From a virus: a DNA stretch of 64,000 nt. The stretch lies in IMG/VR virus record IMGVR_UViG_3300030390_002408. One strand, given 5' to 3'. Positions 9,909-19,258 of the stretch are shown one piece after another. The notes below the pieces were generated by a model, which was given only the letters and a program-made list of their open reading frames with translations, was not told the DNA's origin and ran no database searches. Position 1 is the stretch's first letter. Every line of letters begins with the position of its first letter. Both the position numbers and the translations under genes were made by a program.

Positions 9909-10871
9909 TTATACTACTGATTTAGCGGCAGATGCTATATCTTTCACTAATGTTGCTAAATCTTTACCTTTTAAAGCTGCTTTTAAACCCTTTACAGCTC
10001 CCGCCCCGGCATTTTTTAATGATGCTGCCTCTAAAGCTTCACCCCCAGCTCTAACTCCTAAAGTAAGAATTAGTAAGGCATATAAACTATCAGTTACTAT
10101 TTTTATTACTTTTGGATCATCTGTAAAAACACCCACCACTTTTTTAATTGGAAGTTTAAATAAAGACTCTAATTTATGAGTAAAATCATATATTTTTTGG
10201 GCACCTTTAGCCCCTTTTTTAAAATTACGCTTTTTCATAAATAGTCCTACCCACTTAGATATTATATTAATGAAAGTTGTACTAGCTAAAACAGTAGCTA
10301 AAACCGTTTCAACTGTGGCAAGAACATCACTTTCTTCTAATTCTTTTTTTTTTGATAATATTGACTTCATCTCATCAGCCAAGTCCTGACCTAAATCCGC
10401 TAAACTAACATCAGATGTCTCTTCAGATTCATCTAATCTTCCTCCTTCACCTTTACCCATTGAATCATCAAATTTTTCTTGGTCTTTAGATGTAAAACTA
10501 GTTAATATAGGACCAATAACAATATCTTTTTTTTCTTCATTATCCCTATAATCTTTACCCAATTCCAAGATCCCTTTTAATCCACCTTCCATGGCTTTCT
10601 CAATATCTAATTTTAACTGACCTCTAAGTCCACCTCTAATGTTTGAGATCCAATAGTGAGTAATAGGAGAGCCTTTCTTTTCTGCATCTCTTATTTGCTT
10701 CGTTAATCTATCTTTAAACGCTCCAAAAGATAATTGACTAGTTTCATTCCGGTTTTTTATTCCCCACATTGACCCTTTAAAATATCTCTCAGTTTGAACT
10801 TCCAAAAGGAATTTTAAAAAATCTTCTATTGAAGGTTTGTCTTTACTTTCGTTTAATATTCTTCTTCTCAT
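9909..10871 (-). CDS. Putative virion/head protein
   Basis: Start moved to MRRRILNES, downstream of the ATATTTAT motif. Has repeated L-x-E motifs and a hydrophobic C-terminal half. Confidence 0.55.
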   Translation of the reverse strand: MRRRILNESKDKPSIEDFLKFLLEVQTERYFKGSMWGIKNRNETSQLSFGAFKDRLTKQIRDAEKKGSPITHYWISNIRGGLRGQLKLDIEKAMEGGLKGILELGKDYRDNEEKKDIVIGPILTSFTSKDQEKFDDSMGKGEGGRLDESEETSDVSLADLGQDLADEMKSILSKKKELEESDVLATVETVLATVLASTTFINIISKWVGLFMKKRNFKKGAKGAQKIYDFTHKLESLFKLPIKKVVGVFTDDPKVIKIVTDSLYALLILTLGVRAGGEALEAASLKNAGAGAVKGLKAALKGKDLATLVKDIASAAKSVV

Positions 10872-10931
10872 TATTGGTGTTTTTATTTTATCATAAATAT
10901 ACGAATGTTTCCCCATATTTACAAGGATAAA

Positions 10932-10960
10932 TAGGAGATACCAATTTTTCTTAGTATCTT
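10932..10960 (+). promoter_or_regulatory. Promoter for the plus-strand operon
   Basis: TAGG-N17-AGTATCTT, same spacing as the minus-strand copies. Confidence 0.55.
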
Positions 10961-10978
10961 AACACATATTATAAAATT

Positions 10979-11755
10979 ATGGGGAAGAATATTTACATAG
11001 GTGATATTCATGGTTTAGAAGTATGGAAAGATATTGTAAAAGAGCATGAAGATGCTGATAATATCATTTTTGTAGCGGATTATTTTGATTCATTTAACAT
11101 TAATGGAATGGATCAGTTACGTAATACTAAAGATATTATTGATTTTAAAAAATTACAAGAGTTAGATCCTAATAAAAAAGTCTACCTATTGATTGGAAAT
11201 CATGATCATCATTATTGGCCTGGTGTTAAAGATAGAGGAAGTACTGCAGGTTATCAAGCTTTCATGTATCCTCAAATTGAAGAATTCTTCAGAACTTATC
11301 AAGACATGTTTCAAATGGCAGTTATTATAGGAGATAAGTTATGTACTCATGCAGGTGTAAGTAGTAAGTATATGGATGATTTTGGTTATTGGACTTATGA
11401 TAATCATAAAGATGAAAGTAATGTAGCTAATTGGCTAAATGATTTACTTACATATCAACCCAACAAATTTCTATTTACTGCAGGGTATGACAAGAATAAC
11501 ACGGGATTTACCGCTAATGGTTATGGGGATGATGAATGGCAATGTCCAATTTGGATAAGACCTAAATCATTACAGAGAGTAAATAAAAATGAAGAAATAA
11601 AAAAGATGTTTATTCAAATTGTAGGACATACTCAACAAAAGTGTATTGATCTTAAGGGAAAGACCACAGGAGGAAGATATTATTATATCGATACTTTACC
11701 AAGTGGAGAGTATTTAATTGAAGAAGATAATAAATTAAGAATAGGTAAAATATGA
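10979..11755 (+). CDS. Calcineurin-like metallophosphoesterase
   Basis: Motifs GDIHG, ADYFD, GNHD, THAG, VGHT. Confidence 0.9.
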   Translation: MGKNIYIGDIHGLEVWKDIVKEHEDADNIIFVADYFDSFNINGMDQLRNTKDIIDFKKLQELDPNKKVYLLIGNHDHHYWPGVKDRGSTAGYQAFMYPQIEEFFRTYQDMFQMAVIIGDKLCTHAGVSSKYMDDFGYWTYDNHKDESNVANWLNDLLTYQPNKFLFTAGYDKNNTGFTANGYGDDEWQCPIWIRPKSLQRVNKNEEIKKMFIQIVGHTQQKCIDLKGKTTGGRYYYIDTLPSGEYLIEEDNKLRIGKI

Positions 11756-12108
11756 AAGAATTAAGAAAACCTCAAATTACAGAAACATTTGCTATCAAAA
11801 CACCTACAAAAGAACTGGTATCTATAGCTAAAAGATTAACTTTTTACACAACCTCGGGGGAAGAGGATTTTAGTTTTATAAGTCTACACCATTCATGGGT
11901 AGAAATGCTTCCCTTATCGGCTAAGATAATCACAATCCAGAATACTTACCCATCTCATGGAATTAAAACTATTAAGGATCTTTTAGTAGCAAGGTTTATA
12001 GGAGAGTTACATTTAAACCTACCTGAAATTGGGAGTAATTTTGAAGTAATGGATAAAGGTCTTGAAGACATAAGGCATACAATTAAATCGTTTAAACTCG
12101 GAATATAA
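11752..12108 (+). CDS. Hypothetical protein
   Basis: ATGA overlap with the upstream gene. Confidence 0.6.
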   Translation: MKELRKPQITETFAIKTPTKELVSIAKRLTFYTTSGEEDFSFISLHHSWVEMLPLSAKIITIQNTYPSHGIKTIKDLLVARFIGELHLNLPEIGSNFEVMDKGLEDIRHTIKSFKLGI

Positions 12109-12336
12109 ATGTGTATAATCGAATCAAGCAATAGAATCATGGATGAAGTTGGGTATGGTAATCTAGTGTGTTTAACACGAGGGGAAGAAGATTTGCTGGA
12201 AATTGAATTTCGAAGGGGGAAATTTCTTTTTACAAAGAATGGAAAAGCTGTGAGTAGTGTTAAAACTAAACTCACAGCTAAAAATCACATTATGGGTTAT
12301 CTTAATACTGGATTTGAATTGGATTTAATTATTTAA
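12109..12336 (+). CDS. Hypothetical protein
   Basis: Abuts the upstream plus-strand ORF. Confidence 0.5.
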   Translation: MCIIESSNRIMDEVGYGNLVCLTRGEEDLLEIEFRRGKFLFTKNGKAVSSVKTKLTAKNHIMGYLNTGFELDLII

Positions 12337-12350
12337 TGTTTTTTTCTTTC

Positions 12351-13382
12351 TTATAAGTTATCAACCATTAACTGCATTTTTACATAATCAACGATATCTC
12401 TTTTAGCATGCTCTACCATACCGGGTTCGGTCATTGGTCCCATTTTCCATTCTTCCCAAGCGTTAATTAACATATTAATAGCTTTTTCAAACCTTGGCCC
12501 CATTGCTTCTACATACCCTCCTGCTAAATCATCAGAAACTTCATTTACTGATTTATCCATTCCCACTAAAGAATCTAATCTGTATTTCTCGGATTGTGTA
12601 ATATCCAACGGAATATACTCACTTCTTACATCATACCAATCATGTAATTTATCTTGATCTTCAAGACTAAGTACTGAAGTTGTATTTGTTATTGAGTATG
12701 TTACTTTTTCAATAAAATCATCTACATTACGAGAGGATTTGAAAGTTGAATTTAATAGATCTTTTAAATCATTATAAGCATAAGGCTCATAAATAACCTT
12801 ACCATCTTCATCTTCATATTCTCCTGTTATAGTATCAAAAACATCAGATAAAGAATCTAATTCGTTTAAAGATTTATTTTCTTTTAAAAAAGAAGAACCA
12901 TATTTTTGAGTATAAATTTGATTTGCTTCATCTTCTATTTTATCATAATTTCTTAAACTTTTTGGATCAAAAGCATCAAAATTATTTTGTTTTTTCACCT
13001 GATCAAGTATCTTTTCCCAATCTTGCCTTTCTTTAAAAGAAAAACCAAACTCTTCCCTATAGGCTTCATCTTTCATATTACCCTCTTCATCATAAAAATC
13101 TGGATTATCATATGGGTCTATATATTGTTCTTCTCTAGTTTCTTTTAATGATTTAAATTTATCTAATAGCATTTCTAATTCCTCTGGGTTATTTTTCTCC
13201 CAATTTTCCCATTTACCCTCATATTTGTCAAGTAATACTCCTGCTACTTCTTCTTGCCATTTATCCCCATATTTATTGGAGGGATCCATAAAGCCCATTT
13301 CAAGTTCAAATGCTCTATTTGCTAGATCTTCTTTTAATAGCTTACCTTCTGTTAGGAATTTTTTTAAGTCAAATTTGTCCAT
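12351..13382 (-). CDS. MDKFDLKK-family acidic protein, putative internal head protein
   Basis: N-terminal MDKFDLKKFLTEGKLLKE is identical to 30123..30572. Late motif upstream. Confidence 0.65.
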   Translation of the reverse strand: MDKFDLKKFLTEGKLLKEDLANRAFELEMGFMDPSNKYGDKWQEEVAGVLLDKYEGKWENWEKNNPEELEMLLDKFKSLKETREEQYIDPYDNPDFYDEEGNMKDEAYREEFGFSFKERQDWEKILDQVKKQNNFDAFDPKSLRNYDKIEDEANQIYTQKYGSSFLKENKSLNELDSLSDVFDTITGEYEDEDGKVIYEPYAYNDLKDLLNSTFKSSRNVDDFIEKVTYSITNTTSVLSLEDQDKLHDWYDVRSEYIPLDITQSEKYRLDSLVGMDKSVNEVSDDLAGGYVEAMGPRFEKAINMLINAWEEWKMGPMTEPGMVEHAKRDIVDYVKMQLMVDNL

Positions 13383-13423
13383 TGTGTGATTTTTAAATTT
13401 TATTATAAATATATAATTTTTTT

Positions 13424-13723
13424 TTACTTTACCATTTCTCCTTGATAAATAATGGGGAGATATTTCTTAACAAACCCTTTATAAAGTAAATTAGCTTCCA
13501 CTTCATCTCTTTCTTTAAATCCTAACATAATAAACATCAAAAAGGGTTTAACATTTATTTCTTTATCAAAGGGATCTAAGGAGTTAGGCATACCGGGACA
13601 TATATTTTTTCCGGTAAGCTCAAACAACTCATTAACCAAAGCTTGTCCAACTCTTAAATCCTTATACTTCTCTAAAGCCATTGATGTATTAACAATCAAT
13701 TTTCTAAATTTTTTTATTTTCAT
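13424..13723 (-). CDS. Hypothetical protein
   Basis: LRVGQAL...DPF motif resembles small phage proteins. Confidence 0.6.
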   Translation of the reverse strand: MKIKKFRKLIVNTSMALEKYKDLRVGQALVNELFELTGKNICPGMPNSLDPFDKEINVKPFLMFIMLGFKERDEVEANLLYKGFVKKYLPIIYQGEMVK

Positions 13724-13727
13724 CTTA

Positions 13728-14069
13728 TTAAAATGTTAATGTATAAACAATTCCCCCAGTAAATAATAATCCTCCAGTTGTCATTGCTGCTACTTGTCCA
13801 TAATTCTTATACCAAGGTAAATACCCTGAACTAACTCCATTATTAATCCTCCCTGTTAATATCCCTGCAGTAAAGAATGAAACACCTGATACCATTAATA
13901 CAACCCCAGGATGGATTCTATCATTACTAAATCTAGAGGGGGGAGTTAAGTTTAAATTTATAGGATTATTAAATCCCAAGTTACTATTTGATCGGATCCC
14001 CCCATAAGATTTAAAACCCAAAATAATTACTGCTATTGATGTTAATAGTATTTTATTAAATTTAATCAT
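13728..14069 (-). CDS. Secreted/membrane protein
   Basis: N-terminal signal-like segment and two Gly-rich hydrophobic helices. Confidence 0.6.
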   Translation of the reverse strand: MIKFNKILLTSIAVIILGFKSYGGIRSNSNLGFNNPINLNLTPPSRFSNDRIHPGVVLMVSGVSFFTAGILTGRINNGVSSGYLPWYKNYGQVAAMTTGGLLFTGGIVYTLTF

Positions 14070-14275
14070 TTTATTAAGTCTTCTAGATTAATATCATACT
14101 CTTCAAATGTTTCATTTATTTTTTTCCCAATCTCATCAGCATTAAATTGCCATTTATCTCGTATTATACCTTGTATTTTAAATAAGGCTAAGGCCATATC
14201 CAAGGATTTAACACACCTTAAATGAGCCATTACATCCTCCAAATCTTCTAAATCAAATTCTAATTTTGCTTTCAT
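14066..14275 (-). CDS. Hypothetical phage protein
   Basis: MKAKLEFDL start, coupled to the downstream gene. Confidence 0.65.
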   Translation of the reverse strand: MKAKLEFDLEDLEDVMAHLRCVKSLDMALALFKIQGIIRDKWQFNADEIGKKINETFEEYDINLEDLIK

Positions 14276-14333
14276 TTTTTAGTAATTATTAAAGTTACTG
14301 TCATCACTACCCAAAATACTCCCATTCCTACTG

Positions 14334-14519
14334 CTATTGACATCTTAATTTTTTTAATTGTTTAATAAATTTATTTACTTTCTTCTTTGATTTCAACTCA
14401 AAGACTCTCTCATCAGACCCACCAAATATATGTATATACGTTCCATCGCAATCTACTTCAGAGATTTTACCAAGATTAAACCAATTGTTATAACCTGGGA
14501 TTTTAATGAATTTTACCAT
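14334..14519 (-). CDS. Hypothetical protein
   Basis: Directly downstream of promoter 14539-14569. Confidence 0.6.
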   Translation of the reverse strand: MVKFIKIPGYNNWFNLGKISEVDCDGTYIHIFGGSDERVFELKSKKKVNKFIKQLKKLRCQ

Positions 14520-14538
14520 AATTATTTAATTTTATTTG

Positions 14539-14569
14539 GAATATACGATTAAATTTTGGCTAGGCCAAG
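14539..14569 (-). promoter_or_regulatory. Early promoter
   Basis: CTTGG-N17-CGTATATTCC. Confidence 0.65.
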
Positions 14570-14583
14570 TATATTTGTATATA

Positions 14584-14769
14584 CTATATTTTGTGTACAA
14601 ATCTTTTTAAAAACTCTCCTGCTATTTCCTCCATTTTTACATGATCATTCGTAAATGCCCTTCGCATTATGCCTTGGGGGAGAGTATTTTTACTACCTTC
14701 TTTTACATTTTGGGAAAAGTTATCTTGAACCCACGTCCCAAATGCTTCTAAAACTTCTTTACTTCGCAT
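14584..14769 (-). CDS. Mini-ORF of junction array 1
   Basis: Start lies within a CAAAACAAAGATG junction. Confidence 0.6.
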   Translation of the reverse strand: MRSKEVLEAFGTWVQDNFSQNVKEGSKNTLPQGIMRRAFTNDHVKMEEIAGEFLKRFVHKI

Positions 14770-14947
14770 CTTTGTTTTGGTTTAATTGTTCTAACATCAT
14801 TTCTAATGTTTCGTCTAATATAGATAGATTGTGAAACTCCTTGATATCTTTGTACGCTTCTAATGTTACTTTAGATTTTCCTTTTACAATAAACCCTGAT
14901 TCATCTGTCAATGTGATGTTAATGTTTAATTTTTCTTCTTTACTCAT
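14759..14947 (-). CDS. Mini-ORF of junction array 1
   Basis: MSKEE...NQNKDAK. Confidence 0.65.
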   Translation of the reverse strand: MSKEEKLNINITLTDESGFIVKGKSKVTLEAYKDIKEFHNLSILDETLEMMLEQLNQNKDAK

Positions 14948-15134
14948 CTTTGTTTTGGTTTATATAATTATTACTAATAATATCCCAAGCAATATCACTA
15001 TTAGGTGTTTTAATTGTCATCATATGACCCATTCTCATTTTATGGTCAATTAGTATTTCACAATTATTTTTATTTAAAAAAGACATTAACATCTGATAGT
15101 CTTTATTTTTAACATTTGTATCAACTTTACTCAT
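14940..15134 (-). CDS. Mini-ORF of junction array 1
   Basis: MSKV...NQNKDE. Confidence 0.65.
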   Translation of the reverse strand: MSKVDTNVKNKDYQMLMSFLNKNNCEILIDHKMRMGHMMTIKTPNSDIAWDIISNNYINQNKDE

Positions 15135-15457
15135 CTTTGTTTTATTTTATACATCTCTTTTAACCGTTCTATAATCTTTTTACTAACTATTGACATATCA
15201 ATATCTTCATGAAAAGTGAATTCTTTCTTTTTATTAACATTACCAATAACCACCTTCTCACCTTTAATCGTTGCGTATATTAGTTTACTCAATTCTTTTC
15301 TTTTTAATCTCTGTTCTAATAATTCTTTAAGAACTTCCTGCCCTTTTGGTTTTATCTTTTCTGCCGTTTTAGCATCATAGATTCCATAAATACTATTACC
15401 TAAGATTCCATAAATTTGATTCCAATTTGGATATTCTTTATTTTCTTTACTCATCAT
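15131..15457 (-). CDS. Mini-ORF of junction array 1
   Basis: MMSKE start. Contains an ILGNSIYG/KGQEVL stretch reminiscent of PolB motif B. Confidence 0.6.
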   Translation of the reverse strand: MMSKENKEYPNWNQIYGILGNSIYGIYDAKTAEKIKPKGQEVLKELLEQRLKRKELSKLIYATIKGEKVVIGNVNKKKEFTFHEDIDMSIVSKKIIERLKEMYKIKQR

Positions 15458-15659
15458 CTTTTTGATTTAAATCCTTTATTTTTTTAACAACACTATTCCA
15501 AGCATTTTGTATTTGTTCATATTCTTCTGGAAAGTATTCTTCTGATATTTCTAAACCATCTACAGTTGTGAAATAACCTATACCTGGTCTAAGTGGTATT
15601 ATGTTACTACCTAATAATTGTAGGTGTTGATATTGTTCTTTAATATATTCTTTATTCAT
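15447..15659 (-). CDS. Mini-ORF of junction array 1
   Basis: MNKE...NQKDDE. Confidence 0.6.
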   Translation of the reverse strand: MNKEYIKEQYQHLQLLGSNIIPLRPGIGYFTTVDGLEISEEYFPEEYEQIQNAWNSVVKKIKDLNQKDDE

Positions 15660-15671
15660 CTTCTTTTTTGT

Positions 15672-15878
15672 TTAAATCCAACCTAAAATTTCTTCATCAA
15701 ATTCTTCTCTTGTTCCAAAATGCTCTTTAATCCTTACTTCAAGACATTCCATTTCAAACCCATTAAACATTTGATTGATTAGTCTAGTTTCTTTTATCTC
15801 AAGGTGTTGAAGATGATTTTTTCTTCTTTTATCTAACCAAACAGTGGTTAATTCAATATATTCTCTTCGTCGTTTCAT
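15672..15878 (-). CDS. Hypothetical protein
   Basis: Co-oriented ORF in the array. Confidence 0.55.
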   Translation of the reverse strand: MKRRREYIELTTVWLDKRRKNHLQHLEIKETRLINQMFNGFEMECLEVRIKEHFGTREEFDEEILGWI

Positions 15879-15949
15879 TTTTTCCTTATTAACTCAACTA
15901 TTACTTCAATTAACATCCATGTTAAAAGTATTATTCCTGCTATCTCCAA

Positions 15950-16153
15950 TTACTTCTTTTTTAGATTCATTAAAAAATCATCTGCATATTCTCTTGCAAT
16001 TTGCTTCATTTCAACCCTCTCACCCGTAGTAATCCTAATCATTTCTTCGTGTGGTTTCTTAGGGTTAGGAAGATTTTCTGGGGTTCTAGTAAAGTTTTTG
16101 TCAACCCACTTCCATAAATTCTTCTGCTCCATTGTGTCTTTAAATTTTCCCAT
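15950..16153 (-). CDS. Hypothetical protein
   Basis: Co-oriented ORF. Confidence 0.55.
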   Translation of the reverse strand: MGKFKDTMEQKNLWKWVDKNFTRTPENLPNPKKPHEEMIRITTGERVEMKQIAREYADDFLMNLKKK

Positions 16154-16159
16154 TAGTAA

Positions 16160-16375
16160 TTATGAAAACCAAATTTCATCAAATGATTTTTCTGCTTCCT
16201 CTGAAGTTTCATATACCCCAATTATTGATCGCATAGTGTTGTCTGTAGGTAAAAACTCAATTTTATTACTAATCCTTTCAACTTTAACAATGTTGTTAAG
16301 GTTTACTAGAACATCATTATATTCATCTTTTGAATTTATGTTTTTCTTTATTTTAACCTTTATAAAATTTCCCAT
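16160..16375 (-). CDS. Hypothetical protein
   Basis: AATAAGGTT-ATG start. Confidence 0.6.
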   Translation of the reverse strand: MGNFIKVKIKKNINSKDEYNDVLVNLNNIVKVERISNKIEFLPTDNTMRSIIGVYETSEEAEKSFDEIWFS

Positions 16376-16387
16376 AACCTTATTTAT

Positions 16388-16588
16388 TTAATTGTTATAA
16401 ATGAATTCCATTACCTTTTCAATCCCCGCAGCTTTATTTACGTATTCTGCTGCTTTTTTTAGATGAAGATCTCTCAATCCAAATTCATCTTTTGGCATTG
16501 AATCTAACTCATTGAGTTGATCATTAGCCATTTCTAAATAACTTTTGTGCATTTGGTCTACAAACGCTTTTATTTCTGTAACTTCCAT
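16388..16588 (-). CDS. Hypothetical protein
   Basis: AAATAAGTT-ATG start. Confidence 0.6.
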   Translation of the reverse strand: MEVTEIKAFVDQMHKSYLEMANDQLNELDSMPKDEFGLRDLHLKKAAEYVNKAAGIEKVMEFIYNN

Positions 16589-16599
16589 AACTTATTTTT

Positions 16600-16761
16600 T
16601 TATTTTATTTTAAGTAACTTTTTTATTCTCTCCCTTTCATCTGTATCAATATCTACCAAACCATTAGACATACTTCGGTAGTAAAATTGACTTAATAAAC
16701 TAGACATTTCCTTAGCTTCTTCTGCGATTTTTTCTTTTAATTCTTTTTCTTCTTCTTTCAT
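16600..16761 (-). CDS. 53 aa protein (MKEEEKELKEKIAEEAK), below the ORF-track cut-off
   Basis: Translated by hand. N-terminus duplicated at 16950..17093. Confidence 0.5.
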   Translation of the reverse strand: MKEEEKELKEKIAEEAKEMSSLLSQFYYRSMSNGLVDIDTDERERIKKLLKIK

Positions 16762-17099
16762 AACCTTAATTTTTATTTATCCATTAAAATGTGAAATTAA
16801 CTCTTTAAATTCATCTAATGTAATTATGTTTTGTTTTACCCACATATAAATCATTTTTAAGTGGTTCCCTCCATTAGATTGTTCTTTTTCTAACCTTTTT
16901 TTATAATCTTCAATTTTGTATTTATCAATCATAACCTTTGTTTTTATTTTTAGTACAAATCTTTTAATGCACTTCTTAGTAATTTCATTATTTGCTTGTC
17001 TCTTTTATTAGTACTACCTGCTAATAATGCCAATGCTTCTTTAATAGCTTCTTCTGCGATTTTTTCTCTTAATTCTTTTTCTTCTTCTTTCATAACCTT
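16713..17099. repeat. 55-bp direct repeat (16713-16767 and 17045-17099)
   Basis: 54/55 identical. Covers the start motif and first 16 codons of two ORFs. Confidence 0.9.
16950..17093 (-). CDS. 47 aa protein (MKEEEKELREKIAEEAI)
   Basis: First gene after promoter 17120-17168. Confidence 0.5.
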   Translation of the reverse strand: MKEEEKELREKIAEEAIKEALALLAGSTNKRDKQIMKLLRSALKDLY

Positions 17100-17119
17100 T
17101 GTTTTTAATGCTCGGCGCT

Positions 17120-17168
17120 CCCTGCAACCTTACCCCTAAATATACGATTAATTTATTGGGGAGCCTAA
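17120..17168 (-). promoter_or_regulatory. Early promoter plus conserved leader
   Basis: TTAGG-N17-CGTATATTTAGGGGTAAGGTTGCAGGG. Confidence 0.75.
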
Positions 17169-17421
17169 TTATATCGCAATTGTTTTTAGTATATTTGTAT
17201 ATACTAATCGGTGGTGTAAAATCGTGTTCGAACTAAACTTACACCTAAGCCCTTTTTTTGCACCGCCACGTATCGATGGACATCAGCGCGCGATGGGTAT
17301 AATGTATATTATAATATATGCGTGCGTATGCCACAATATAGTTATATCACATTACGCAGTACGGCAAACCATAATACGGGGTAGGGGGGGAATTACCCCC
17401 ATCCCGAGGTTATGATTAGGT

Positions 17422-17937
17422 TTACTTTGTGATCTTAAATGCGGACTCAACCGGTCTTCTATAACCATCAAATCTATAATTACCATTATCTATTAACACA
17501 CCATCCTTAATTACTAGAGCATGCTTATGAACAATAATGAAATAAGTACCACGTGTGAACTTCTGCATGAATGACTTCACCGTATAAGCAACTGCTTTAT
17601 GTGTGTAACTCTCATTCTGAAGCGTACCACCATCTTTTGGTCTATCACCTAAGTGTCTAATATTAAATTTATTCTCCATCACCGGTGCAAATAAATCTAA
17701 TTGACCCTCAGCTTTGAATGTTACCTCATTCATCCCCTTCAATATTGGATTCACATTAAATGTACCTTGTCTATTTTTTCTCTTGAAAACATTCTTAGCA
17801 AACTCATGAGCCGTATTATAACTAATTTCAAATGCATTTGCAAATGCTCTTACAGCACAATCACCTTTTTCACTCGTAGCGATTTCATTGTTTATACTAA
17901 CTCCGTAACCTGCTTTAAATACTTTTTGATCTAACAT
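17422..17937 (-). CDS. Hypothetical protein, possible Cys-His-Asp peptidase-like fold
   Basis: DCAVRA...HALVIKDGVLID. Confidence 0.6.
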   Translation of the reverse strand: MLDQKVFKAGYGVSINNEIATSEKGDCAVRAFANAFEISYNTAHEFAKNVFKRKNRQGTFNVNPILKGMNEVTFKAEGQLDLFAPVMENKFNIRHLGDRPKDGGTLQNESYTHKAVAYTVKSFMQKFTRGTYFIIVHKHALVIKDGVLIDNGNYRFDGYRRPVESAFKITK

Positions 17938-17980
17938 AACCTTTATTTTTAAAATTTATAATTAACAATTGTTGCTTTCC

Positions 17981-18054
17981 TAACCCTGCAACCTTACCCC
18001 GTAAATATACGATCGCTTCCTCGCTAAGCCTACCCTCCCCGCAATTACCTTCAA
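17981..18054 (-). promoter_or_regulatory. Early promoter plus conserved leader
   Basis: TTGAAG...GTAGG-N17-CGTATATTTACGGGGTAAGGTTGCAGGGTTA. Confidence 0.8.
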
Positions 18055-18245
18055 CTTACTTTCGATTGGGGTTGAATCGGGTTAACTTATAATAATGGTT
18101 AGTTAAACGATTGTACGTCCAAAATTTTTCCCTTTGCTTATTAGTCGGGGTATTATTATATGATCTCTCATCCATTTCAAAATCACTTACTAGCGCGTCA
18201 ATTACTTCTTTTCTACTACTAAATCTCTTCATACTATGATTTTAC

Positions 18246-19025
18246 TTACTCTGCTGACATTGGCTCTGTGTAAAGGAAACCAACCTTATTCTTTTGATCT
18301 AAACTGAAAAACAATTTATTCATCTCACCACCACGTCTGTTTTTACTAAAGAAAATACATCTACCACCCTCAACAAATTTCATATGTCCCATTCCTGTTA
18401 GCATATGTTTGAATCTATTTGATCCTGCAAACTCACCACCTTTAGTTACTTGTTGGATGATCATGAATGAAGTATTTACACCGCTTGTGTTTTCAGCTTT
18501 GTTATGACGCTCTAAAATGTTTAAAACACGTGACTCAGCGTTTTTATTTGTACCACCATGGAAATCAACAATCGTTGTACAAACTTCAGCCATTGAATCG
18601 ATTAATACAACATCGTAACCTTCAGTTAATGTTGACTCAATTACTTGAATTGGATCATTTTCAATATAATCACCTAAGAATAAAATTGGTAACGCTCCAA
18701 ATTTAGGATATCTTTTAACGTAACCGTATAAATCAATTGAATTCATCTCACCTGAAATGAATAATACTTTAGCACCTTTAGCTTGTAAATCTGCTAGCAC
18801 GTCTAACATTACTGTAGATTTTCCAACTCCTGGATCTCCAACGAATGCATAATTGGTACCTTTCATTAACCCACCTTCACTTGAAAGCATTGAATCTAAT
18901 CTACCACCTGTTTTCATAGGAATAAATAAATTATCATCAAATGATAAATTATCCATTTTTACCAATTTTGGCATTACAAATTCAACTTTCTTACTTGGAC
19001 GACCTCTTTTAACCATATTTTTCAT
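18246..19025 (-). CDS. RadA/Sms-like RecA-family ATPase (ATPase domain only)
   Basis: Walker A GDPGVGKST, ISGE, Walker B VLIDS, QVTKGGEFAG, SKNR. Confidence 0.8.
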   Translation of the reverse strand: MKNMVKRGRPSKKVEFVMPKLVKMDNLSFDDNLFIPMKTGGRLDSMLSSEGGLMKGTNYAFVGDPGVGKSTVMLDVLADLQAKGAKVLFISGEMNSIDLYGYVKRYPKFGALPILFLGDYIENDPIQVIESTLTEGYDVVLIDSMAEVCTTIVDFHGGTNKNAESRVLNILERHNKAENTSGVNTSFMIIQQVTKGGEFAGSNRFKHMLTGMGHMKFVEGGRCIFFSKNRRGGEMNKLFFSLDQKNKVGFLYTEPMSAE

Positions 19026-19056
19026 AACCTTTATTTTTTTAAATTTTTAACCGCTC

Positions 19057-19131
19057 TAACCCCTCATCCCTTACCCCGTAAATATACGATCGCTCCCTAG
19101 GAAAGCCAAATCTTCTGGCAGGCGTCTTCAA
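19057..19131 (-). promoter_or_regulatory. Early promoter plus leader
   Basis: TTGAAG...TTTGG-N17-CGTATATTTACGGGGTAAGG. Confidence 0.8.
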
Positions 19132-19136
19132 GAAAA

Positions 19137-19243
19137 AGTAAGAAAAGGTGGCCTGACTTGTAACCAGATCCGTACTAATTCTAGAACCCAAACACATAGC
19201 AAAACCATTTTGCTAGCAGGTTAATGTAGCACCTTTTATTACT
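19137..19243 (-). ncRNA. Candidate structured ncRNA (~107 nt)
   Basis: Closing stem AGTAATAAAAGGTG/CACCTTTTCTTACT, internal hairpin TAGCAAAA-TGG-TTTTGCTA, no ORF. Confidence 0.5.
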
Positions 19244-19258
19244 AGAAATTAATTAAAT

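Noticed and set aside
17224-17415. 63-aa plus-strand ORF
   Set aside because: GTG start in a structured non-coding stretch with no supporting signals.
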